NCBI GenBank assembly: GCA_904063045.1
Contig: CAJFCJ010000004.1
Coordinates: 1,047,713 to 1,111,712, forward strand
DNA from: Dimorphilus gyrociliatus
Lineage: Eukaryota; Animalia; Annelida
Length of the DNA stretch: 64,000 bases
Direction of reading: 5' to 3'
A model generated the notes under the pieces. That model was not told the origin of the DNA. It worked only from the letters and a program-made list of their open reading frames with translations, and ran no database searches. Position numbers and translations under genes: made by a program. Shown one piece after another: positions 27,416 through 42,328 of this stretch (position 1 is its first letter; each line of letters starts with the position of its first letter).

Positions 27416-28275
27416 ATAGTATTTCTATTGGAATTCTTTTATATGCCATTTTGCTTTTTTTTATATACTTCCGGTTTGTTTGTAATTAGATTTATTTTTT
27501 AAAAATATAATAAGAACAAGGAATAAATGTAAAAGCAAATGAATACATGCATACATATATGTTAAATATGTATATAGTGTTTATTGATAGATAGTATGTA
27601 TATTATAAATCAATGATATATAAAAAAAAGTACGGACGGATATTCACGAAAAATCATAATATAAACAACCAGGGGTTGTATATAGAGAAATCATTGTATC
27701 AGATAAGGTTAAATAGTACATTTTTAACAACTAAAACGTAATACATTACATTCGTATGACAACCCTATATTTATTAACTTGATATTGAATAGATTAGAGA
27801 GCTTACAATGCAAATAAGTATCACTTTATTATATTATTGAGATTAATAAATATATAAACATTAATTTATATGTTTAACATTTTAAGATATTCAAAAGTAA
27901 ATATAAAAATAACTGTGTATATATCGTATGCACTGCATACACGGTCAAAAGAGAGGCAAAGAAATCAATTTTTTTATATATGTTGTTGTTAATTCATAAT
28001 ATTTGTCACTTTTAATGATAAACTGTGCTATGGGAGTATATTTCTCTGATTTTAATTTAAAATATATGTATTAAATGTCACTCTTTTCTATTTATTTTTC
28101 TGATTATTAAAAAGCAGAAAAAAATATGAAATACAAAAGCAAGAGTAATGTTTGCCAGAGTAGTTTTTTTTAATATAATACAGTACGCTTGTAATATCAT
28201 TCCCGAGAAAGTTTGTACTATAAACTTTACATTATATGACAAATATAAATGATAAAATGGAGTATGATTTATTAA

Positions 28276-28340
28276 CAGAAAGAGACCGAGAGAGATATAA
28301 AGACACAAAGAGAGAAACAGAAAGAGACAGAGAAAGAGTC
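28276..28340 (+). repeat. GA-rich low-complexity tract upstream of the TTBK gene
   Basis: agaaagagaccgagagagatataaagacacaaagagagaaacagaaagagacagagaaagag; it accounts for the ERDRER peptide in the 86-aa ORF. Confidence 0.7.
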
Positions 28341-28462
28341 GATCTACATAGACGTCCCCAAGTAAACGCGTTTATTAAATATAGTATAAATTTAAGAAAT
28401 TGTAGAGAGTTTTCCTTTTCATTTAATAATTTAAAAACAAATGTATGTATATATAAAATTAA

Positions 28463-31020
<2,558 letters not shown>

Positions 31021-31661
31021 TAATTTGTTTTAATCGTATGTATAAATAATAACACAGAAATTTCTAATTTAAAAAATGGACTGAAGGTAAAAGAATATCT
31101 CTCAGTAGCAGTATTACCATGTATAGAAGGAAAATATTGTACTAAGAAAACTTTCTTAAAAACTTTCTTATTGTATTTTTTTTAATAAAAAAAAAAGAAT
31201 TCAAGTGAATAAACTACTATTATAAAAAATTGTGAGCTGGCAATAGCTTTTTTCTCACGTAAAGGCCATTTACAAATAAAAAAAAAGGCAATTCGTGTAT
31301 AGTCTTGGATCTATTCTTTCTTATCCTTCACAAAAAATGCGAGTTTAAAAATAAACTTTACATAAACGTCCTGATCTATTGACCTACATTGTTATATATG
31401 CTCATGACATTGAGAAATTCGATGATTTGAGTTTGAGGAGTGTTGGGTGAAGTATGTTTCATTTATATTTCTTTAAAACAACGTTAATTTGTAATTATTT
31501 TGTATAAATCGATGTTTATTGTCTAAATTTTTACTTAAACAATCCAATTTCGTATTTCTGAAAAGTTTTCGCCTTGCAAACTCTTCTCTGAGTTCATCTT
31601 CCTGAATAATGCATCTTATTAATATGTTCTATTTCTGTTTTAGTTGAAACAATTGGTAAGC

Positions 31662-32432
31662 ATGTCCAATGGTCATAGTGCGCTGGATAATACTGTAAAC
31701 TACTCGAATGATAAGATTAAAGAAGCAAGAGAAGAATTGGAGCGTATGAAGAAAGAATTTGGCTTTTGTGAACCTGATAGGGGAGATTTAGATGATGAAA
31801 CAATTGTGTGGAGAACTATGAAGCCGGATTATACATTAGCAAATCTTCTGTATTTCAAAGGCAAAACTCAAAATCATAAGGAGAATTCATTGGAGCTCAT
31901 TGTTGAAAATGCAGTAAAACTTTGGGAAATGGAAGCATCCCATAAGGTCGATATCAATCAATGGACATCAATTAATACTGAAAAGTATACTGTTCAAGCT
32001 AATGGCGGAAAAGTGTACGATAAATTTGAAAGTTCAGAAATGGGAAATTATAATTGGTTAATGAGAGACGTAGAGAAGCGTCTATATGATTCTAACCAAA
32101 CGTTTGAGAGTTCTCATAATCTCTTCCGATCTGCTTTTCCTGATGGTTTTGCTTGGGAAGTCTTGGAAGTTTACACAGGACCGCCAAAAATAGCATTTTC
32201 TTGGCGTCATTGGGCAAATTTTGTTGGAGAGTTCGAAGGTAAACAAGGAAATGGAGAGCTGCTCGAAATGTTTGGATTTTCCATAATTGAAGTTCAAGAA
32301 GATTTAAAAATTTTGAAGATTGAAGTGTATTTCAAACCTGAATTGTTTCTTAAAGCTCTACGGGGAGACATAAAGCCTGCAGATGTGAAAAACTCATTTT
32401 CAGGATGTCCTTTTCAACAAAAAATCAATTAA
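31662..32432 (+). CDS. Pathogen-related protein (PRP)-like, SnoaL/NTF2-like fold; intronless CDS
   Basis: WRTMKPDYTLAN, LELIVENAVKLWEMEASHK, GNYN, FESSHNLFRSAFPDGFAWEVLEVYTGPPKIAFSWRHW are characteristic of the plant/fungal pathogen-related protein family. The first ATG is at 31662. There may be a 5'UTR intron at 31452-31643. Confidence 0.85.
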   Translation: MSNGHSALDNTVNYSNDKIKEAREELERMKKEFGFCEPDRGDLDDETIVWRTMKPDYTLANLLYFKGKTQNHKENSLELIVENAVKLWEMEASHKVDINQWTSINTEKYTVQANGGKVYDKFESSEMGNYNWLMRDVEKRLYDSNQTFESSHNLFRSAFPDGFAWEVLEVYTGPPKIAFSWRHWANFVGEFEGKQGNGELLEMFGFSIIEVQEDLKILKIEVYFKPELFLKALRGDIKPADVKNSFSGCPFQQKIN

Positions 32433-32538
32433 CTAGTTTTAAGAATAAGCTAACATGATTTCTGATTTGTATTTTATTAATTTTAAAAGCATATATTTAA
32501 CTTTAGAGATTAAGCAAACTTTTGATGCTAATAAACTA

Positions 32539-33911
32539 TTAAACATTAAATTGACTGTATGGCTCAAATCCCCTCCTGCTATTAAACTTCAAAGAGTACT
32601 TTAGGCGACTTCGGCTAAATGATTCTAGTATGTCTTTCATTGATTCTCTATTTATCATTGTTATAAGAGAAAACCATGTACCAATTAAAGCCAATGTTAA
32701 CACAACAAGAAATTCCAATATGGTAGTATCTATGAATACCTTAAGAACAACTAAGATACCATAAATGCCAAAAAATACTGTAAGTTTAATATAAAGATAC
32801 ATTTCGTCCCGCTTTGTTCCAAAGAGGGTTGGAGGTGAGTATAGGAGAATTTTTTGGAATTTAACTGATATTATTCCATAAAGTATGATATTCAAAAGTG
32901 TAGATAAAAGTATTGGTGATATAACAAAAACAATTTGAGTAATTTGGCCACTCAGCCAGCAAACTCCTAGTGACTCTTCTTTAATATTGTCCCCCAAGAT
33001 GTCCGTTGACCAGTTCCTCAAAACAATTGGGGCAAGACATAGAAATGACGATGTGATCCATGATCCTATAACATATCTTCTAACAGGTGTTGAATAATAA
33101 TTTTGATCAGTTAATGAATTAACTGCTGAATTTAAATTCAAGGCTGCCGAAACTTGAAGAACTAAGAAAGTCGTAAACATCCAGTGACTGAAAACTGCTA
33201 TGATCATACACTTTGTTTTTGACAATGGTATAATTAACGACATAAGAGTTAGAAGTAGCCAAAAGAATAGTACTAATATTAAATTCCATTGAAGCCATAT
33301 TGATGTACTTCTTAGCTTTCTAAAGCAAACTGGTGAAAATAATCTAAAAATTAAAGCCAATAAAGCAAAGGCTAAACTTCCGATACATATTATAAAAAAT
33401 GTATTAGGATCTTTCTTTTCGTCGCTCTTTAGACAAACGATATCTTGGTCGCAAACTTTACAAATAATATGATAGTTATTTTCGAGTTTTTTCCCTCCAA
33501 TACCAAAATGTCTTCTACATCTTTTATCTCTCAAACACAACTTTCCTTCATAATTTAATCGAAAAATTAAAACTGATTGATATTGTTCGTGCTCATCTTC
33601 TGTTCTTTGAGCGCATTCGCTTTCTTCCATCGTGCAAATACAAGATTTAATAAAATCCTTACCAACGATGCTTTCGGCTAAGTGGCATTTTTCTTGGCTA
33701 ATAGAAAGAAAACAATTGATAAAGTTTATTTTATTTTTAATATAAACTTTAAAAAATGATATAACCATTCATCTTTTGTCCTGTATCCACCATCTTCTGT
33801 GGTAGTAACAACTATTTCAGAAGCTGATATATTAAAGCTTGTAGGAGTACTATAACTTTCGATTAACTTCACACAACAAATAGCCAGTATAGGTATAATA
33901 TACAATTTCAT
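32539..33911 (-). CDS. Class B-like (secretin/adhesion/Methuselah-like) 7TM receptor; exons 33766-33911 and 32539-33697
   Basis: A signal peptide exon splices (GT..AG, 33698-33765) to a Cys-rich ectodomain and a 7TM region: TM3 CMIIAVFSHW, YVIGSW, ECL2 CWL, VFVISPILLSTLLNIILY, KLTVFFGIYG. No GPS motif seen. Confidence 0.85.
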
Positions 33912-35549
33912 ATTTATTCAAAGAAGTAATAATTTCGGTTGTATTATATGTAGGCTATTTATATATCGTAATCCGAATATACATATAAAAATATACAAGT
34001 ATATATATATTAAAACTCCAAAAAATCCGTCTTTGCGACAACTAAAAACGAAATGAAAAGATTAACATGGCAGCAGCTGATTAAAACCCGCCTAATTCTC
34101 CCCTGTTCCCCCACAACATCATTTTCATATACAGATAAATTAACAGAACAATTAAAGAGTTTTTTTTATCGTTTAATGCATTCATGATATTCGTACCATC
34201 TGACGCAAGTTACAGCTAACAATTATTTAATTGCTCAATACCAACGTATAAATCCTTTATTGTTTAGAACATCTTTTTTGGCGTAATATGCGGTTAATAA
34301 TACGCTTTATAACAAATGACAAACTCAGAAATTATTTTATTTCATAACTTTACAACATATCATATTAATATTTGTGTTAAAATCATATAGAAATCATTTA
34401 AAAGTAGATTAGTTCAACCTATAACTACAGATGATTATAATAATATACACCTAGTAAAATATTTTTAATTTTCATAATAGTCTATTCATTCTTAATCTTT
34501 TCTATTTTCTAGAAGGATTATCATTAAATCAAATATCACGAAGTAAAGTGTGACCTTTATTAGAGATGATCATACAGCCTTAAAGCCGCTGTAATAGTTA
34601 TAGTAATAAACTTATATTTCTTATTTTAATATTAACTAATTATATATAAACACACAAAACGTAATTACTTAATTAAACCTAATCTATTAATATCCTTCTG
34701 TATTTAAAATCTCAAAATAGAATCATCAGGTGAAATATATTATAGTTGTAAAATGTGATTTAAAGTATCTATTGGTAGCAGAGTGATAAGAAAATACCTT
34801 AGTATACGAAGAAAATGTGGTATTACATCATTTGAACTTTTCTTAACTTTCAATAACATTATTTTGAAATATACGTATAGAGTGCATATTCTGTGTATAC
34901 TGTATATTGTATATAGTATTAGAAATTTGATTGTGAATTATATACATCTTCATATTCTTTATAAAAGGCTACAAATTTAAACATTTATCTCACAGACTTT
35001 AATAATTTATCATTGATTGAGATTATTTGTAATTTATTAAAATGTAACTGTGCTATAATATTAATTAGGTAACAAAGCATATTAAAACCATAATGAATAT
35101 TATCAAGGTCAATATAAGACCTTTACGAAACAGACTTTAATGTACTAAATATCAGTGTATATTTATATATATATATTTATATATACTTCATGTATTTACC
35201 CATACCAATTTATATTAATAAATTTATACAAAAGAAAATTAACAAATGATTAATAACTAGATATAGGCTTCTTAGCTTCCCTTATAGAAAGGTTATTGAA
35301 CTTTATTTTGTCACGATTCATCTCTTATGGGCGTATGATTCATTCCCTTATGCCACCGGCTTTTTTGTAAGGGTAAATAAGAATGTTTCACTATTTATGA
35401 ATTTTCTATTCCATAAATGATGACTAAGAAAGAATATCCCAATAGATGGCATTGAAAAACTATTGTAAACTGCGTATTAACTTAAGGCCGCCTGTCGGTG
35501 CCTGGCAGTGCCACATTTCCCGTAACTAATCAATATATTCAGAGGTTGC

Positions 35550-35556
35550 TATAAAT
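35550..35556 (+). promoter_or_regulatory. TATA-box candidate for the first WAP/Kunitz gene
   Basis: CTATAAAT lies about 45 nt before a GTAAAG donor (35598). That donor pairs with the TTTTACAG acceptor at 35728 to form a 5'UTR intron upstream of ATG 35763. Confidence 0.5.
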
Positions 35557-35762
35557 TGTGTTCTTCAATTGCAGCTCAAATAATCAACTAATACAAGGTA
35601 AAGTATCTAATCAACTATGATTCTAGTATTTCTTGTATTATTTGTCTTCGATTATATAATCTAATGGGTTATTTTACTATATGACAGGAAGCTTTTAATT
35701 TTCTGGTACATTATCTTAAATTTTACAGACATATGAAGAGGGGCCAAGGAGAGTCAACAAAA

Positions 35763-37548
35763 ATGAGATCTTTTCTGATATTAGGAGTTTTTTGCTTGCT
35801 TACAATTGGTAAGTTTCGAAATTCTAACAAATAATTAAATATTTATGACAGAAACCTAAATTTAAACTCCAGGTCAAGTACACGGAGAGAGTCAACCACG
35901 ATCATGCCTTTTTACTGGTAACGAAAACGACTTATGCGATGCATCCAATTGTTCGGAGGACAATGACTGCAGCAATGATAAAGTGTGTTGTGCAAATAAT
36001 TGTGGAGCTCTCAGATGCGCCAAACCAGGTAATTTATACATTTATATGTAAAAGTTAAGATTACATGGTTGACGTATTTTAACAGTTATTTGCGAATATT
36101 GTCCTGAGGCCGAAATTAATAATTGTACCTACGGCCGAAGCGAAGAATCTGTCAATGGATGTCGGTCCTGCAAATGTAAAGAAGATCCTTGCAAGGTGAG
36201 CTTCAAATTATCAAAATTGATCATTTCTATTATTATTATTACCATTGAAGAATATGAAATGCGAATCGGATAAGTGTATCGTTTATTTCGAGGACAGACC
36301 ATTTAACAGAGTGGCAAGAGGAAAGTGTATTCCAAAACATTTACCAGAGAAATGCTACAAAGAACCTGAAGTAGCTGCAGCAGTTATTAAAGGTCCTGTT
36401 TATTACTACGATGTTGTCCAGGAAGTATGCTTGAAAAAAGAGTTTGGTCCATCATGGCATTCTTCATCCTACGAAGGTTGTCGCCAAAAATGCAATATTA
36501 CTTGCCCTCTAATGAAATGTGTGCCGTGCCAGTATGGATACAAAACTACAGTAAATGGATGTCAAACATGCGAATGTAAACGACCACACAGACCATGTAA
36601 GAATCTAGTTTGCAAGATGAATTGTATTTCTGGATTCAAAATTGACAGGCAAGTTAGTATAATTTAAATGAAAACCAACTGAAGAAATATTTTCATTATC
36701 AGATATGGCTGTCGTACGTGTGAGTGTAAAACTGTTAGAGGACCACAATTTTGCTATGAACCAAAAGTTGTAGGTGTATGCGAACCAAAAGTACTGCGAT
36801 ATCACTATGATCCGATAATAAATAGATGCAGACCTTTCATGTTTGGATGTAATGGAAATAGAAATAACTTTATGAGTTATCATGAATGTGAAAGCCAATG
36901 CACTAATCCTGGTTGTCCAGTGCCGTCGTGTAGAGACTCTTGCGATCATGGATATAGTTACACTCCAGAAGGATGTCAAACTTGCAGCTGTGCTCATAAA
37001 CATGTCTGTGACGGAATTATGTGCGCCGAAAATTATCATTGCGTTAGTGTAAAAGACTGCTCCGGCAAGAGATGTCGAGATACATTCCAATGTCAGCTGG
37101 GAAGTTCTTGTAAGATTTTAGAGAATAACATCTTTAATTTCATAATATTAAGATTTTCATTAAATTATAGATCCCGAAGATACGGATTGTAAAAGTGGCT
37201 GGTCAAAAAGAAAAATCCTATACGTTACAATCCCAGTTGTCATAGTGGTTATTTTGGCAGCAATATCCATTGTAAGTTTATCTCCAAATTTTTTAAAACT
37301 GTTTGGAAGTATCCGTATAACTTTTTTTCTTCTTCTAAAGGTTCTGTTCATCAAATTGAAAGCTATTCATATAGTTAAAGCGAAAATTAAACCACAGAAG
37401 AAGAATATGGAGAAACCTCCAATTGTAAGTACTACATAATTGAATATTAGTTTCCTTTTGTGAGTCTTATAACAAATATTTATAATTTTATTAATAGGAT
37501 AATTCCCAAGTTGTTTCTGTGGACTATGTTTATCAAGAAAAAGTTTAA
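35763..37548 (+). CDS. Type I membrane multidomain protease-inhibitor-like protein, paralog A: signal-WAP-antistasin-4Cys Kunitz-2x antistasin-Kunitz-antistasin-Cys-rich-TM-tail
   Basis: About 8 exons join in frame. WAP CSEDNDCSNDKVCCANNCG; antistasin CxYG...GCxxCxC repeats; Kunitz domains at 36353-36493 and 36752-36901; TM ILYVTIPVVIVVILAAISI|VLFI; last exon DNSQVVSVDYVYQEKV* (37498-37548). Confidence 0.9.
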
Positions 37549-38608
37549 GACGAAATCACTTGACCCCTTTATTGATAGCCTTTATTTTTCACTTGGAATA
37601 TTATTAACGTTGACCTGCGATCTGTTGTTTTTACACTCACCAGTGATAAAATACTCGTATATTACTGTTATAAGAATATTTCTTTTTACTGTGTGTTTAC
37701 AAACATTTTCTCCTACGAAAAGATTCTAAAGTCTCTTAATAAAAATATTTTGTTTAATACCTCTGTCGTATGGCAAAACTGATGAAGCCAAAACTTATCA
37801 CAGTCGTAACATTATGAACCAGAAATTTATCTTTCTTATTAACCTTGCTACTTAATAATACATATATAATTATTATAGTCATACTTTATTCATATGTTTT
37901 TATACAATATTAATAATTACATCGCTCAAAATCAGTATTAATAACCTACGTGTATTTTATCTCTATTTATGTAGAAAAGAGAAAGCCACGTATGGAGAGA
38001 TAAATTTCTGTGAAATCTAAACGAACACCTTACTGTTTAATATGAAATGACATTATAATATTATTATTTAAAGGCGGCGTATCTTTTTTGTACCAACACA
38101 TTCTACTATTAAACTTACTTTATTCAAAACATATTACTAAACCCATTGTGGATGTAGAATGATTAGAATCAATAACATACATAAAAAATTAAGAAATATT
38201 ACACCATTTAATGGTCTATCATCCTATTCTCAAACTTTCTTGTTTTCTATAGAAACTATTTATATTTCCCAACTATTTGTAGAAAGCTTTTAAGTAAATT
38301 TTTAATACAAAGTCATTTATTCTTTCATATAAATTTACTTCTTTATATGTTTAAGTACATTAACTTTATAAATATAGGCTTAAGACTGTTTTTATTATCT
38401 TTACATGTACTATCAATACAGCTGAAGGCTGTTTATCTACTCTAAGACAAAAGGTCAATAAAAAAATAATTTGAATTTAAAATGTAATTAATTATATAAT
38501 TGTTTATTTTGAAATTTTGCAAAATCTATCTTTTATATGAAATCAATTCAATTTAAAAATTGACCTATTTTCTTTCGGGAGGGGGCCGGTTGTTTTGATC
38601 AAATAAAT

Positions 38609-38626
38609 TAGCGCCCTCTAGCGCCA
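38609..38626 (-). promoter_or_regulatory. CTCF-like binding motif between the two inhibitor paralogs
   Basis: Reverse complement TGGCGCTAGAGGGCGCTA closely matches the CTCF core CCASYAGRKGGCRC. It is a GC-rich island in very AT-rich DNA. Confidence 0.5.
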
Positions 38627-39239
38627 ACCAGAGACATAAAATCAATACACGATACAAACATAAAATCCCATAAACCTCATTTTCAAAGTATATTTTCTTA
38701 CGGATTTGGCAACTGAACATTGATTTTGGCACATCATTAACGGTAGGTAATTAATAATAATACATTGATGCTGATAATGAATTAAACCGCGACAACAACG
38801 CAATTGTTTAAATAGTTTCTGTGTTTTTATATACAGTATATATAAATATATATATTCTCTAAAATAGACCTAAGCATAGATTTTATCAGTAAAAACGTGG
38901 AACAAATTGACAGTTGTAGGAGAGGGTAAAGGGTTAACTAATGAATTATTACGCGATTAATAGATTTAAAAGGCTTATAATAGCAATTACAAGAATGAGA
39001 ATGAATTCGTTATATAAATACTAGATTGTTCTAAATATACATAGGTTGATACTAAATATGACAATGTTAAGTAAATTTTTAGTAATACCCTTTAAAGGTT
39101 TATATATATATAAAAGACTCTTTATTACTATCTCAAAAGCACACAACATAGCAATTCGTATTATCTATTAGAAACTAATTCGTTATATGAGTAATAAATT
39201 ACACTTAAATTTTGATAAACATGCAGATAAAACGAGAAG

Positions 39240-41341
39240 ATGACTTTCCTAAGTTGTTCTCTATACGCTTGCTTGTTACTGCTAAGTAAGTATTTGATTT
39301 TAACTATTCGTCACGTTTTCCTTTATGCATTTTCTATATATAAAAATTTTTAGTTATCTACTTATTCATTAGTTTCTCTTTGTAAAACAGATAGTATATT
39401 AAGTGAACATGCTGGAAAATGTCCAACTGCAGAAAAAGATTTTGAATGTTATTCACCTAAATATTGTTTAAATGATAATAATTGTAATTCTAACGAAAAA
39501 TGCTGCAATACATCCAACTGTGGAACGATATGCCTAAATGCAGGTATAAGTTTACTTTATTTTATGATTTATTAAATTTATCGTAATGAATACTGTAATA
39601 TTCATATTACAATACAAATTGTAATTATTATTTTTTTATCTTAAGAAACTGGTATACGAGATGTTTCCAAATGTGAAGATTGTACTTTACAAGATTGTCC
39701 TTACGGTTTAAGTACTGTACGGGAAGATAATGGATGTCTTAAGTGTGAATGTAAGTATTGCCCTGAATGCTTTATGAATTGTGAATTTGGTTTTGAGATG
39801 AAAAGCGATGGATGCCCCGATTGTAAATGCAGAAATAATCCTTGCAAGGTTGGTGATAATCCTAAATAATCTTTTATAAAGAGTCACTAAACAATTTTAA
39901 TATATTAATATAGTATATATATTTTTAATATATAGTTGGTTTTATGATTTTATCCTACTAGACGGCTGTTTGCCCAGACGAAGAAAAATGCGTAGTTGTT
40001 AAACCAGAGGCAGCTGAAATACCTCTTTATCCGTATGCGAAATGTGAACATTGTAAGATATTTATATTTTGCTATGTTATAAGCATATTAAAAACGTTAA
40101 ATTTTCTTCTAGATGTACTAGACGATTGCTTTATACCTGTGAAAAAAATACCAGGTATTGGAAAAAATACAGGCTTTTACCATTACGATATGTCAGCGAA
40201 CGAATGCAAACAAATTTCATTCAATTTCCAAGAGAATTTTAATGTTTTCAAGACGAAAAATATTTGTGAAAAAACCTGCACAATACAAAAACCTTGTCCA
40301 CCTATGGATTGCTCTTATCCTTGTAAAGTTAACACCCAACATGAGTGTCCAACTTGCGAATGTCCTAATACTAAATTTAGACTCTGTTCTGACTTAATCT
40401 GCCAGAATCTTTGTCCTGCTGGATTTAAAATTGATCAATACGGATGCGAAACATGCCAATGTAAAGAACAATCAATGCCTGATAAATGCTATTTAGCGGC
40501 TGAGATGGGCCGTTGCGAAGCTGCTATGAAAAGATATTATTATAACAAGAATGATAAAACATGTTATCCATTCACTTACGGAGGTTGCGGAGGTAATGGC
40601 AACAATTTTAAGACGATTTCGGAATGTTTTGATAGCTGTGTCGAAAGTCCATGCGCAATACCTATGTGTACTGAAGAGTGCGAATTTGGTCGAGTTTTAT
40701 CTAAGGAAGGGTGCGAAACATGCAAATGTGCTGACAAATACTACTGTGAAAATGTTGAATGTGCCAAAAATTTTGTTTGCGTAGCTCAAGATTTATGCGC
40801 TGATGCACATAATTGTCGAACAAGCTTTCAATGTCATCCTGTAGGCACAGGTAGACAGTCTCTTTCTTCTTATAATGCATATGCTTTATATGAGCTAATT
40901 ACTGTCATTTTGTTACAGTTACCCCTTTTAAGCCAGCTACTCACAGAAGAACTTCTTATTGCGGTTTTAATGCAATAGGAACACTAGTTGGTTTTATTGT
41001 TGCTATGGTTCTTGCCTTCACTCTTATTGTTTTCGGAGTTTTTGTTGTAAGTTGTCAAACTAATATCATTTTTTTTACTAACTTAAGTTATGAAATTCAT
41101 TGTAATAGATTATATTCAAGAGCAAATTTATTCAAAAATCTAAAATCTGCATACGATCAGCAGAAGAAAAACCTAAGGTTTGCTTGTTAAAATATTTTAC
41201 GTTAAGTTTAATACAAATATTTATTATATTTTCATTTTTCTTTTATTGTTTTTACAGATAAATGGAAGAAATTGTTATTGTATTATTGATAATAATGCAA
41301 TAGTTACCCCAACTGAGGAAAAGAAGATTTCCATCGCATGA
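39240..41341 (+). CDS. Type I membrane multidomain protease-inhibitor-like protein, paralog B (same architecture, one extra antistasin)
   Basis: Signal MTFLSCSLYACLLLL; WAP CLNDNNCNSNEKCCNTSNCG; antistasin repeats; Kunitz domains at 40127-40279 and 40487-40639 (YGGCGGNGNNF); TM IGTLVGFIVAMVLAFTLIVFGVFV|IIF; last exon ends KKISIA* (TGA 41339-41341). Confidence 0.9.
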
Positions 41342-42328
41342 TCTATATATTAGAAACAAGATTTGTACGAACGATATTTATGAATTGTTATATTCTCCCT
41401 TGAAAAAAGATATACATAGTGCGTTGAGTAAGAAGAATCTTTGTTGATTATACGACAACTTCGTCTGAATTTCTACTACAAACAATTTAGTAAGGCTCAA
41501 GGCGTTTATACAACAAAAGATTATTATCTGATTCTTTCTGTTCACTTGGACTGTCTGTCTATATATTTCTATCTCAATCTCGAAGACTCTCTTTTCTCCT
41601 CCCAAACACATGCACATGTATGTGTTATTAGTTAGAAAAGTTGTATACATTTGACAAATATTCCGCTCTATCTTTATGATAACTATTAATGTGTAGTGTA
41701 CATATCAAATTGATTCAAAGAAAAGAAACTTTTTTTAACAATTTGGCTTGACCCAAAGACTAATTATACTGCTATATCTAAAGAATAAAATTCTACGATT
41801 ATATACAATTATATACATAGCACACGTATATTAGAATGTATATATGTTTGTCAATATAAAGTTATGTTTCATTGCTCTCTCATGAAGAATTTCAGATATT
41901 TTTCTGAACAGCTTGTTGATAAACGTAACACTTGTTTGAAATGTAATCTTTAATCTCACTCTGATTTTTTAACACGGTTATGTATACTGTATATGCATAC
42001 ATATGAAATATCTATATTTGTAGTATGTTAAGATGAACGTTGAATAAACTGTTCAAATTTTGTTAGTGAAATAAAAAGAGTTACTTTTCCTGTAGAAGAT
42101 TTTTCTCTAATTGAATATTTTCTTCAAAAACAAACTATATAATTCTAACAAAAGAAATAAAAAGCAGCAAAGTTTTGTTTTTGGATCATGTTTATCAGTT
42201 CCATACCATCTTGATAAAGCGTCTATGTTTTATAGGCCAAAAAAAACTACAAACAGAGAACTTCAACGTTAAGCAAAAACTATCATTTTATGCTCTGAAT
42301 TCATAGATTGTACAAGAATATCTCAATT

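Noticed and set aside
35487-35498. Second GC-rich CTCF-like site (rc CCGACAGGCGGC) upstream of inhibitor paralog A
   Set aside because: Two mismatches at core positions; too weak to list, though the GC-rich patch may still be regulatory.
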